DNA of 64,000 nucleotides, taken from positions 1-64,000 of the IMG/VR virus record IMGVR_UViG_3300017971_000032; one strand, given 5' to 3'. A program made the translations under genes and the position numbers. Position 1 is the first letter of the stretch, and every line of letters begins with the position of its first letter. Below are positions 20,396 through 29,609 of the stretch, piece by piece. Source of the stretch: a virus. The notes beneath the pieces are model-generated. The model made no database searches. It saw only the letters and a list, made by a program, of their open reading frames with translations, and was not told where the DNA came from.

Positions 20396-20933
20396 TAATT
20401 ATGTATGCCAAGAATGTGGTTTGTATAAGGGGTTAAATCACCCATTTCAGGGCATGGTAGGCAATGACAATCCACAGATATTGGCGGTGGCAGAGGCTCC
20501 CTGATGTGACACGGAGGAGGTGGGTACCACCTTCATAGGTCGTTCGGGAGAGATACTGCGTAGCGCAATGAAAAAGTTAGGCATGGATGATGTAACAGGT
20601 TATATCAATGTAGTGCGATGTCATCCACCCAACAACAAGTTGCCTGCCAGGTGCGCTAAGTTGTGCGCTAATTTCCTGAGACATGATCTCAAAGCTTTGG
20701 ATGTGGAGGCAGTGATGGCATTTGGAGCTACGGCATCCAAAGCTTTGATGGCACCAGACAAACCTCCGCATGATTGGCCTGGTGCCATATATCAGGTCAA
20801 TGAGATGGCGCATAGACATTTGTTGTTATTGGCATATCACCCAGCATACATTCTTCGTAGGCCTGGTTTGAAGGAGCAGTGGATGAGTGATTTGAGGCGA
20901 TTCAAAGCTATGTGGAGGAGTTGCTATGGCTAA
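20352..20933 (+). pseudogene. Family 4 uracil-DNA glycosylase interrupted by an in-frame TGA (20502-20504)
   Basis: CQECGL...AEAP*CDTEEVGTTFIGRSG...NVVRCHPPNN...YHPAYILR; TGA occupies the conserved Gly of EAPG. Confidence 0.75.
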
Positions 20934-21117
20934 GAGACATGTTCAGCAAAGTCTTAAAGTGATTCAGAAAAGGTGTTCTGTATGCGGACGCGGTATGAGA
21001 TGGGAGGCGGTACGTAACAGGTGTGTGAGAGCAGGCACTAATAGAATAGTGCAAGATGGATTGTGGGTTTGCACTAATGCTGAGTGTGGTGGTGACGATG
21101 TTAACAATGAAAAGTGA
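20926..21117 (+). CDS. Small Zn-ribbon protein
   Basis: CSVC...CTNAEC. Confidence 0.5.
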   Translation: MAKRHVQQSLKVIQKRCSVCGRGMRWEAVRNRCVRAGTNRIVQDGLWVCTNAECGGDDVNNEK

Positions 21118-21430
21118 TCAATCTGCCCACATGGCTGACCGTGTCCACGTTGAGGTGGAGCGTTCAAGGTTGGAGAGTATAGCTTACCGTGTCATCAATC
21201 TTGTGATGCGCAAGAATGCGGACTATGGTGACGCGTGGCAACGTCAGGGCATTAACGGAGCCATGGTGCGATTGGCTGACAAGCTTTACCGCATTGACAA
21301 TCTGTCTGATGGGCGTGAGGTGTTGGTGCAGGAGGAAAGGTTGCTGGACACGCTGGTAGATGCTATCGGGTATGCTATGTTAGGCATATTATACCTTCAA
21401 GATGCGGGAGTGTTGGATGACAGTGAATGA
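21107..21430 (+). CDS. DUF1599/nucleotide-modification-associated (dNTP pyrophosphohydrolase-like) protein
   Basis: KNADYGDAW...RLADKLYRI...DTLVDAIGY. Confidence 0.75.
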   Translation: MKSDQSAHMADRVHVEVERSRLESIAYRVINLVMRKNADYGDAWQRQGINGAMVRLADKLYRIDNLSDGREVLVQEERLLDTLVDAIGYAMLGILYLQDAGVLDDSE

Positions 21431-24035
21431 TAATATTGGTTGCGCAGCCTGTGGTTTATGTGATCAATGCAAGTGCCCTAATATGCCCCCAGGCGAATAC
21501 TTCGATGACTACTGCGATATAATGTTTGTGGGGGAGGCTCCTGGCGCTACGGAGGATGATCAAGGCACCCCATTCGTAGGCAGATCTGGGAAGTTGTTAA
21601 GGGATGCTGTAGATTCTATAGGTCTATATAAATACGGGTACGTGTTTACTAATGTCGTACGCTGTCGCCCGCCCAACAATAAGACACCTACTAAGCGCCA
21701 AATAGGCTACTGTTTGCCTATATTGAAGGATGAGATTGAGCAATACCAGCCTAGGTTGATAATCTTGTTAGGTGGCACTCCGCTTAATGCGGTTCTAGGT
21801 GAGTCAATCGTCACCAATTGGCGAGGTACATTGATTGAACGTGATGGGTTAACATACTTGCCAGTGTTTCATCCGGCATACATCCTTCGCAATACATCAG
21901 CACTAGAAGAATGGGTGAAGGATCTTGAAAAAGCCAAATCCTTTTTGAGTGGTGATGTAGGTACTGGCAATGTGTCAGATGAGTATGAGTTGACGTTGAT
22001 AGAGACTGATGCACAAGCCCAAGATATGTACAAGACTATCAAGTCTATAGGCTTTTGTGCCTGGGACACGGAGACCAATGGGTTGCGATATGGGGACGAG
22101 CTGGTGATGATGAGCTTTGCAGTGGATGAGCCTGTCAAGCGTGCGTGGGCTGTACCAGTGCCGGGTTGCAATAAGGTGTGCAAGAGATTGTTGCTGGATC
22201 CTGACGTGTTGAAGGTGGGGCACAACATTAAATTTGATGTGTTGGCCATACATGGCAATTGGAATGTAGAAGTGCAGGGTATTGTAGGTGACAGCATGTT
22301 AGCGTCTTATGTGCTAGATCCAGTGCCAGGACGTCATGGTCTCAAGCCTTTGGCGGGCAGACATTTGGGTATGTATGATTATGCCAAGAAGCTGGAGGAT
22401 TATCAGGCATTACGCAAGGACACTAATCCTAAGTATGGTGGGGATTTGAGATTGGTGCCTACGGAAGTGTTAGCGGAGTATGCTGCTTTAGATGCTGTGG
22501 CCACATTAGAGTTGGAGTGGCGATTGTTGGATGATATGGAGGATGAGCAAAAGATAGTGTATGAGCAACTGCTCATGCCTGCTTCTGCTACATTCAGCCA
22601 TTTGGAAATGAATGGTGTTGTGATTGATGAATATTTAGTGGAGCGTTACAAAGCTATTTATGCAGAAGCCAGGGATGCTAGATTAGACGAGTTAAGATCT
22701 GATGAAATGATAGTAGCGTATCATAAGTTCAAGGTCAGACATGGGTATGATAAATTTGAGTTCAATCCTAATTCATCCTATCAGATGAGGGATGTGTTGT
22801 ATGGTTGTGTTGTATGTCCTGAGTGCCATAAGACTGTTGCTAATGAAAATGTGAATCAGGGGCGTAGGCATGAGTGTGCTAAGTGTGATACTAGATTTGC
22901 GGCAACCAAAAGCACAATGTTCAAAGGCTATGGATTAGGTATTACAGTCAAAACCAGTACTGGCAGGCCTTCCACTGGTTGGGATGTATTGAAAGAGTAT
23001 GTGGAGGAGTTGCCAATGCTGACAGTATATCGTCAGTACAAGTTGTTGGGTAAGATGCTGTCCACATATTTGGAACCGGCTATAGGGTGGAAGGATAAAG
23101 ACGGGCGTGTAAGGTCTGATTATAAGATTCACGGCACGGATACTGGCCGTGCCAGTAGTCGCAATCCCAATCTCCAAAACATTCCCACGCCTGAGAAGGA
23201 GCCTGGTACACTTTTGCAGTACTTGCCTATTAAGAACATCTTCACTTGCACTTGGCCAGAGGGTGGATGTTTGCTGTGTGCGGACTATAGTGGTATGGAG
23301 TTGCGCACGATGGCATCAGTATCAGAGTGCCAAGGTATGATAGACATATTCCTGCGCGGAGAAGATTTGCATTCTATCGTGACTGAGTTCTTGTATGATA
23401 TAAAGCGCGAGGATTATACACCAGAGGAGTGGAAGCCAATACGGTATAGAGCTAAGTGGACTAATTGGACGTTGCTGTTCGGTGGGAGTGCATACACACT
23501 CCACAGGTTGTACGGACTTGATAAAGAAGAGGCTGACCGTTTAGTCAATAGGTATTATGACTTGTTCCCGGAGGTATTGGAATACAAAGAGCGCACATTG
23601 GCTTTTGCGCGTGAACATGGATATGTAAGATCTATGTTTGGAAGGCGCAAATATTTGCCTTATATCAATGATTGGCATGATGGTAAACGTAAGGCAGACG
23701 AGCGTGCTGGCATAAATATGCCTATACAGAGTTCAGCCTTTGATGTGTTGTTATGCGCAATGATAATATTGGATGAGTGCATGTGTGATGCTAATATGCG
23801 TTCCTTGATAGTCAATACAGTCCATGACTCAATTATGTTTGATGTGTATCCTGGTGAGTTGGAGGAGTTAGCAGGTTTGTGTGGGGATGTAATGGAAAAA
23901 GTAACGAGTGTGTATGGGCCTGAAAGATTTCCAGGGCTGGACTTCTCGTGGTTCACCGTTCCACTGGTGGTGGACATGGAGATTGGCACACATTATGGAT
24001 CTTTGACAAAGTGGGGGGCAGAGAGTGGATTATAG
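21417..24035 (+). CDS. polA: Family A DNA polymerase with N-terminal UDG4 domain and 3'-5' exonuclease (SPO1-like architecture)
   Basis: GEAPG/FVGRSG/HPAY UDG; DTET, HNIKFD, YAALD exonuclease; TGRASS.NPNLQNIP, DYSGMELR, VHDS polymerase motifs. Confidence 0.95.
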   Translation: MTVNDNIGCAACGLCDQCKCPNMPPGEYFDDYCDIMFVGEAPGATEDDQGTPFVGRSGKLLRDAVDSIGLYKYGYVFTNVVRCRPPNNKTPTKRQIGYCLPILKDEIEQYQPRLIILLGGTPLNAVLGESIVTNWRGTLIERDGLTYLPVFHPAYILRNTSALEEWVKDLEKAKSFLSGDVGTGNVSDEYELTLIETDAQAQDMYKTIKSIGFCAWDTETNGLRYGDELVMMSFAVDEPVKRAWAVPVPGCNKVCKRLLLDPDVLKVGHNIKFDVLAIHGNWNVEVQGIVGDSMLASYVLDPVPGRHGLKPLAGRHLGMYDYAKKLEDYQALRKDTNPKYGGDLRLVPTEVLAEYAALDAVATLELEWRLLDDMEDEQKIVYEQLLMPASATFSHLEMNGVVIDEYLVERYKAIYAEARDARLDELRSDEMIVAYHKFKVRHGYDKFEFNPNSSYQMRDVLYGCVVCPECHKTVANENVNQGRRHECAKCDTRFAATKSTMFKGYGLGITVKTSTGRPSTGWDVLKEYVEELPMLTVYRQYKLLGKMLSTYLEPAIGWKDKDGRVRSDYKIHGTDTGRASSRNPNLQNIPTPEKEPGTLLQYLPIKNIFTCTWPEGGCLLCADYSGMELRTMASVSECQGMIDIFLRGEDLHSIVTEFLYDIKREDYTPEEWKPIRYRAKWTNWTLLFGGSAYTLHRLYGLDKEEADRLVNRYYDLFPEVLEYKERTLAFAREHGYVRSMFGRRKYLPYINDWHDGKRKADERAGINMPIQSSAFDVLLCAMIILDECMCDANMRSLIVNTVHDSIMFDVYPGELEELAGLCGDVMEKVTSVYGPERFPGLDFSWFTVPLVVDMEIGTHYGSLTKWGAESGL

Positions 24036-24522
24036 CACTGGCGTCATTAGGGTTGTGTTAGGTGATTATGAAACGGAAGTTGACGTGGATGAAATCACTG
24101 GCATTGACACTCAAGATTTGACACATGAATTTGCTCAACAAGCATCATTGTTGGCTTATGTGTCAACGTTGGCTGCTGAGGCTGAGGCTGAGTGGAACAA
24201 TAGCAAACAAGCGTTTGATAGGGCCAAAGCAGAGATATACCAGGCAGTCAGGTCTGCTATGTTGGCAGATGGTGATAAGGTTACAGAGGCTAGAATAGAT
24301 GCTGCCGTAGTTCAGTCACGTGGGTATGTGGATGCCTCTGTATACGAGGCGGATGCTAGGTTGCAATATCGCATACTGCGCGGCTTAGTAGATGCTATGA
24401 TGGCTAAGGGTAGTATGTTACAGAGTTTGGGCGCGCATTTGCGATCTGAGCTGGAACAAACCGATATGGTCACACGCGTGAAGGGCATTATTGATGGCCG
24501 CACGCCTGGTGCCAGTAGATGA
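24025..24522 (+). CDS. Coiled-coil protein, UvsY-like recombination mediator candidate
   Basis: KVTEARIDAAV...KGSMLQSLGA helical pattern; between polymerase and SSB. Confidence 0.55.
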   Translation: MDYSTGVIRVVLGDYETEVDVDEITGIDTQDLTHEFAQQASLLAYVSTLAAEAEAEWNNSKQAFDRAKAEIYQAVRSAMLADGDKVTEARIDAAVVQSRGYVDASVYEADARLQYRILRGLVDAMMAKGSMLQSLGAHLRSELEQTDMVTRVKGIIDGRTPGASR

Positions 24523-24531
24523 CCGCGCAAA

Positions 24532-24543
24532 CGGTTTAGTATA
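24532..24543 (+). promoter_or_regulatory. CGGTTTAGTATA copy 3 (upstream of SSB)
   Basis: Exact motif, intergenic. Confidence 0.75.
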
Positions 24544-24604
24544 TCAGGTTCGAGTACATAGCCGATTTGCGGCAGTAGTCTATCATCTATAGTTGGAGGT
24601 AAAA

Positions 24605-25378
24605 ATGTCTAGCAGCAAAGCGTATAAAGACTTGTTGGACAAGATCCAAAGCGTGGATTTGGGCACAAGCGGGTTCTGGAAGCCACCTCAAGGTATGAGT
24701 ACGGTGCGCATCTTGCCACCGGTGGGTGACATGGAGTACTTTTTCATGGAGGTGGGCCAGCACTATGTGGGTGGGCAGAACTATATGTGCCCCAATCTTT
24801 GCACGGAGGGTAAGGAAGGGTGCCCGTTGTGCGACGTCAACGAGGTGCTGTACAAAGCGGGTGAGAAGGATGCAGCCAGTCAGTACCGTGTACGGCGCAG
24901 CTTCTGGATGAACATTATCGTGCGGGGCAGCGAGGGTGATGGCCCACAGATCTTCACCCCAGGAGTGACAATCTTTCGCACAATCGCTTCCATCATCAGT
25001 GACCCGGACTATGGTGATGTCACCGACCTTGATGAAGGGTTCGATATCAAGGTCGTGCGTGATGGCACTGGCCTCAGTACGAAGTATGAAACGCGTGCAG
25101 TGCGCAATCCATCCGAGTTGGGTGACGATGCACAGATTGAGGAGTGGTTAGAGAAGGCCACAGATCTGGATGAGTTCGTCTCTGGCCAGTTGTCTGACAG
25201 CTATGATGATCTAGCCGAGGAGAGTGGTGTGTCCCTTTTCCTGGATGAAGGTGACGTCACGTCCTTGATTGTGGATGCGCCAGAAGAGGACGAGGAGGAG
25301 GAAGCCAGCGCTTCGGATCGCATCCGTGATCGGTTGTCCAGAAGGGGGCAGCATCGGCGCAGCAGGAGTCGCCGTTGA
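24605..25378 (+). CDS. Single-stranded DNA-binding protein (gp32-like)
   Basis: VRILPP, H..CP..CPLC Zn site, YGDVTD...GFDI, GTGLSTKY; acidic tail. Confidence 0.85.
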   Translation: MSSSKAYKDLLDKIQSVDLGTSGFWKPPQGMSTVRILPPVGDMEYFFMEVGQHYVGGQNYMCPNLCTEGKEGCPLCDVNEVLYKAGEKDAASQYRVRRSFWMNIIVRGSEGDGPQIFTPGVTIFRTIASIISDPDYGDVTDLDEGFDIKVVRDGTGLSTKYETRAVRNPSELGDDAQIEEWLEKATDLDEFVSGQLSDSYDDLAEESGVSLFLDEGDVTSLIVDAPEEDEEEEASASDRIRDRLSRRGQHRRSRSRR

Positions 25379-25400
25379 TCGTATTCTCCTTCTTTGCGAT

Positions 25401-25433
25401 GGGGGAGGGACTGAGTCGGGCAGTCCCTCCCCC
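25401..25433 (+). terminator. 13-bp GC-rich hairpin after SSB (terminator or stabiliser)
   Basis: gggggagggactg-agtcggg-cagtccctccccc; weak U tail. Confidence 0.55.
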
Positions 25434-25543
25434 TGGTTCTGAACCTGATTTGTTGGGTGATGTGTTGTTGGTAATGTATGTGATAATGTTGTTGGCTGTG
25501 TGGGTGTATCTTATAATAGATTCGTATATGAAGGGGGATTGAA

Positions 25544-25810
25544 ATGAAAATCATCAAATATAGGTCGTGGAGATTCAAAGCATTTATGGACAGTATCACG
25601 GGCAAGATTATTGTAGGCTTGCTTGTGGCATTGCTCTTGTGTGCCGCAGTGTGCGTAGGTTGGATTAACATCAACCAGGACAAGTTCACTGTGGTGTTCC
25701 ATACTGGCCCTACCACTGACCCGGTTGAGATGGACAAGAAGTATGGTGCCATCCTGGCTGAGCTTGAGGGGGAGTTGGGCAGGCCTGTGGAGTTGAAGAT
25801 GGCGGTATAG
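25544..25810 (+). pseudogene. N-terminal fragment resembling the phosphate/phosphonate-binding protein PhnD
   Basis: TM/signal segment then PTTDPVEMDKKYGAILAELEGELGRPVELK, ends prematurely. Confidence 0.5.
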
Positions 25811-25938
25811 GCATGGATCTAACTACTAGTGTAGGGCTGTTCAAATATGGTTGGACGGGTGTGATTATCATTATGATTGTGGCAGTGTCTGTGGGGTTAG
25901 ATTTGCTGAGCAGATATATTAGGAGCAGGTTGGAATGA
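25801..25938 (+). pseudogene. C-terminal fragment resembling the PhnE permease
   Basis: GGIGMDLTTSVGLFKYGWTGVIIIMIVAVSVGLDLLSRYIRSRLE matches the PhnE C-terminal pattern. Confidence 0.6.
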
Positions 25939-26651
25939 TTGGAATTGTATTAGCAGCCGGCAAATCTGAACGTATGAGTGGTGCAATGAATAAGTGCATC
26001 AAACCTTTGGATGGTGCTGGCCACACGATGTTAGGCAGAGTGATTAGTCAATTGCGCAGCTTGGATGTGGCTCCTGTTGTAGTAGTAGGTTACCAGGCTA
26101 AGGCTGTCATGAAGCGTTACTGTGCCAAGGCCACATTTGTCTACAACCCTGACTATGAATCCACAGGCAGCCTGTATTCTCTTTGGCTGGCGTTGAAAAT
26201 TATATATGATGTCAGTGATGTGGTGCTGGCTTCTGGATCTAATATAATTACAGCCTACACCTTGCGCAATATGATGCGCATTGAGGTGCCGAAAGGTGAC
26301 AACATTGCTGTCATGTATCCTTACCCTCATGGCCAAGCTGGTGCCCGCAACATATATCATCGTGTAGTGACTTCTGTGGAGAATGGCGCATTAAGGCATG
26401 ACATAGCAGAAACAGCTCCTCGTGATGAGTGTCCCGAATGGTGTGATGAGAGCATGGCATACTCTCAATTTGGGATAGCCAACAGATTATATTTGTTGCA
26501 TCACATACCGTATGTGCCTGGTTGGCGTACTGCTAGTGTAGGCAAAGCTTTAGCAGGATTCCAGGCTATGAATGTGGGTGTACATGACACGCTAGATGTT
26601 AACACACAGGCAGATTTTAGGTTGGCCAAGGAATGGTTTGGATATGGGTAA
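25935..26651 (+). CDS. Nucleotidyltransferase (LicC/PntC-like cytidylyltransferase)
   Basis: IVLAAGKSERM, VVGY, YNPDYESTGSLYSL, DVNTQAD. Confidence 0.75.
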   Translation: MIGIVLAAGKSERMSGAMNKCIKPLDGAGHTMLGRVISQLRSLDVAPVVVVGYQAKAVMKRYCAKATFVYNPDYESTGSLYSLWLALKIIYDVSDVVLASGSNIITAYTLRNMMRIEVPKGDNIAVMYPYPHGQAGARNIYHRVVTSVENGALRHDIAETAPRDECPEWCDESMAYSQFGIANRLYLLHHIPYVPGWRTASVGKALAGFQAMNVGVHDTLDVNTQADFRLAKEWFGYG

Positions 26652-27417
26652 GATCGCTATCATAGCTGCGGCTGGATGGAAGGGTACCAGTTCAGTCTTT
26701 CCGGAGATTGACAAAGGCATACCTGAGCCGTTGTTGCCTTGCCACGGACAGACGTTGCTGTCTAGGCAAGTGTGTCAGTTGAGGTGTGCTGGGTATTACA
26801 CCATTGCGGCCATAGGACAACCAGGTAGCATATACGCGCAGTGGGCAAGCTTAAGGTTGCGTGAAGGTCATATTGATGTGTCAGGCACTTATGAAGGCAC
26901 TAGACCGCCTGGGCCATGGACTTGGCAGAGGGTGGATTATGTTAGATCTATAGGGGCTGTGCCTGTGTTAATACAGCACCCTGGCTGTCATAACAGCTTC
27001 GATACGGTTACTCAGTGTATGGATATGGTAGGCTATAGTCAGTGGGATGAATTACTGGTAACCTTTGGAGATTATATATTTAGTAATGAGTTACTGACTG
27101 CAATGTTGGAGTTGCCTGCCCCAGTCCAGATTTGGATGGGTGAAGTCAAGGGTGCGCTTCATCATAAGTTCTTGAGATTGAATGTGGAATGTGCCAAGGC
27201 TTATTATGAGTTGCCATCATACGACCAAAACAAAGTAGGACACACATCTCACAATGATAAAGTGCGCAAGGTCTTGGAGGAATTAGGAGCGCCAGTTATA
27301 AATGCGGAACAAGCATTCAAACGTATATACAAACATGGCGAGTATGGTTGGATGGATATTGACTTTCCTTCCAATTATACCAGATTGAGACAGTGGGTAA
27401 AGGATGGTAAGATATGA
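26644..27417 (+). CDS. Sugar-phosphate nucleotidyltransferase-like protein
   Basis: AIIAAAG, PEPLLP, FGD, WMDIDFP. Confidence 0.7.
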   Translation: MGKIAIIAAAGWKGTSSVFPEIDKGIPEPLLPCHGQTLLSRQVCQLRCAGYYTIAAIGQPGSIYAQWASLRLREGHIDVSGTYEGTRPPGPWTWQRVDYVRSIGAVPVLIQHPGCHNSFDTVTQCMDMVGYSQWDELLVTFGDYIFSNELLTAMLELPAPVQIWMGEVKGALHHKFLRLNVECAKAYYELPSYDQNKVGHTSHNDKVRKVLEELGAPVINAEQAFKRIYKHGEYGWMDIDFPSNYTRLRQWVKDGKI

Positions 27418-28289
27418 TAGCTGCTGGATCTGTGAACGTAACGTATCCTGTTCGTATACATGAGGATGCGGACATTTGGGTGTCAGACCATTTGTCCATA
27501 GGCCAGTACACAGTCATCAAGTCCGGGTTCAAGGCCAAGTGTCGCAGTTTGACAATCGGACGTCATTGCTATATCCACGAGGGTGTAGAGATCGGGTTTG
27601 GCGGATGTATGGGCTTGAATGCGCATGTTCACATAGGTGATTATGTAGGCATCTTCCAAAACACGCATATTAACTGTGCGGAGCCTGTCTATATCGGTGA
27701 TTGCTGCGGTCTGGGGCAGGAAGTGAAAATCTGGACGCACGGCACCTGGTTGCCGGTGGCGGAGGGATTCCCTCCGCAGAAGCAGGAGCCGGTGCGCATT
27801 GGTGATAAAGTATGGCTACCCGCACGCACGCAGGTGTTGGCAGGTGTGGAGATTGGTGATAATGTGGTAGTTGGCATCAACTCACTGGTTAACAAGTCAT
27901 TGCCATCAGGATGCTTTGCTGCTGGCATTCCTGCCAAAGTGATAAAAGAGAATGTATATCCTAAGCCTTTGACCACTGAGGAGTTAATGCAAGTTGCACG
28001 TGAATTGTGCGCTGGATATTTGCCCATAGCGCAGGATAAGGGGTTTCAGCCAGATTGTCTTGCCCCGTATTTGGATACAGACAATGGGCATGTGTACATA
28101 GACTTCCAGATGAGTGAGGGCGAGGGTGCTGTAGAGTTTGATTTGAGTGACCCTAGTGCTACATATTTGCCTGGCATTAGTGAGTATGAGGAGGATTTTA
28201 GGGATTATTTGCGTCGCAACGGTTTCAAGTTTCACAATGGCGGTTTCTTCAAATCCATGTTGCCGACAAGGTTCACTGAGGTACGTTGA
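27414..28289 (+). CDS. Hexapeptide-repeat (LbH) acyltransferase
   Basis: PVRIGDKVWL...GVEIGDNVVVG..SLVNK...AGIPAKVIK. Confidence 0.85.
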   Translation: MIAAGSVNVTYPVRIHEDADIWVSDHLSIGQYTVIKSGFKAKCRSLTIGRHCYIHEGVEIGFGGCMGLNAHVHIGDYVGIFQNTHINCAEPVYIGDCCGLGQEVKIWTHGTWLPVAEGFPPQKQEPVRIGDKVWLPARTQVLAGVEIGDNVVVGINSLVNKSLPSGCFAAGIPAKVIKENVYPKPLTTEELMQVARELCAGYLPIAQDKGFQPDCLAPYLDTDNGHVYIDFQMSEGEGAVEFDLSDPSATYLPGISEYEEDFRDYLRRNGFKFHNGGFFKSMLPTRFTEVR

Positions 28290-28948
28290 TGTCGAAAGCC
28301 GAATTTATGGGATACAAAGATGTAATATGCCTGTCCCCACATCCTGATGATGTAGAATATGGCATGTATGGCACGGTGTTGTCCTGTCCTGGCACTACCT
28401 TTTGGATTATCGTAATGAGCCAGGGTGCTCCATCTAATCCTACCTATGGTAAGGTGAGGCTAGAAGAAGTCACCAGGTGCTGGAAGGGTGTGCACAATAA
28501 GACATTAATATTCACAAATGCTAGCAGTCTAATGTCTTTGGCGGAGCGTGAGTGGATTGGCAAGTTGGAGCATGATTATTCAGATGTGCTAGGTATATGT
28601 AGTACTATGATAGTGCCGCCGTTAGATGATGACCATTATGAGCATTCGCTAGTGTCCAGAGTAGGTCGTGCTATTGCCAGATCTAATGCCTATGGGTTGA
28701 TAGAATATCGCACTGCCAGTGCTAGGGAAAGTTGGACACCTAATTTAGTGGTGGATATTACAGACAATTATGTTGCCAAGCGTCAGGCTATGGTGAATTT
28801 TCAAAGTCAGGCCAAGCATGGCTACTTTTCGCAAGCTGGTTTGAATGCCTTTCACATCCATTATGGCGCATCCAGGCGTGGGTATGGTACATGGCATGAG
28901 TTGTTCAGAATAGTGATGATGTATATGGGGGGAGGCAATAATGATTAG
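28286..28948 (+). CDS. PIG-L/LmbE family deacetylase
   Basis: SPHPDDVE, DHYEH, KRQAM..FQSQ. Confidence 0.8.
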   Translation: MMSKAEFMGYKDVICLSPHPDDVEYGMYGTVLSCPGTTFWIIVMSQGAPSNPTYGKVRLEEVTRCWKGVHNKTLIFTNASSLMSLAEREWIGKLEHDYSDVLGICSTMIVPPLDDDHYEHSLVSRVGRAIARSNAYGLIEYRTASARESWTPNLVVDITDNYVAKRQAMVNFQSQAKHGYFSQAGLNAFHIHYGASRRGYGTWHELFRIVMMYMGGGNND

Positions 28949-29609
28949 CAGACCTAATGGGCAGGCTTCTGTAGATGCCATAAAGCATTCTGAGCATATA
29001 CCAACGTATGGCAGTCAGTTGATGTTGTTCCATGATGCTATACGTAGTGCTTTAAAAGGCACGCGTGGGGCGATAGTTGCAGAGTTTGGCGTGTACAAGG
29101 GCAAGACGTTGCAAATGATTAGTGACAGACTGCGATGGCATAACATACATTGCAATCTGTATGGCTTTGACTCATTTCAAGGCTTGCCGGAGGCATACAC
29201 GCCTTATTATGGCAAAGGGCACTTCAATGTGAGTGAATCAGATATGGAACAGGTGCGGCGTGACGCTATGGCTTGTGATGCGTGTCTTATTGAAGGTTAT
29301 TTTCAAGACACGCTTGAGTCATTTTTGTTTACGCATCCAGGCCAGTTCAGATTCGTGCATATGGATGCTGATTTATATCAGCCTACTAAATATGTTTTGA
29401 GTACATTGATGGATTGGCATAGACTATTGCCAGGCTCAGTTATACAGTTCGATGAAATGTTTTATGTCAAGCCAGATGATGGACGTTGGTATTGGGATGA
29501 ATATAAGGCTTGGACAGAGTTTGTATACAGGTATAACATCAAGTATGAGTGGATAGGATCCTACACTCAACGAGGGGCTGTTATGTTGTGGGAGGTAGGG
29601 AATGAGTGA
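28941..29609 (+). CDS. TylF/MycF-family sugar O-methyltransferase
   Basis: EFGVYKG, GFDSFQGLP, GYFQDTL, HMDADLY, FDE. Confidence 0.85.
   Translation: MISRPNGQASVDAIKHSEHIPTYGSQLMLFHDAIRSALKGTRGAIVAEFGVYKGKTLQMISDRLRWHNIHCNLYGFDSFQGLPEAYTPYYGKGHFNVSESDMEQVRRDAMACDACLIEGYFQDTLESFLFTHPGQFRFVHMDADLYQPTKYVLSTLMDWHRLLPGSVIQFDEMFYVKPDDGRWYWDEYKAWTEFVYRYNIKYEWIGSYTQRGAVMLWEVGNE

Noticed and set aside
20502-20504. Genome-wide TGA recoding (Gly/Trp) or selenocysteine
   Set aside because: Many genes end in TGA with ATGA overlaps and other conserved genes are unbroken; the position aligns to Gly, not Cys
21417-24035. Intein or intron in polymerase, helicase or terminase
   Set aside because: Lengths are normal; no intein splice motifs or homing endonuclease signature seen
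24546-24560. GGTTCGAGT as a T-loop in the SSB leader
   Set aside because: Flanks do not pair into a T-stem
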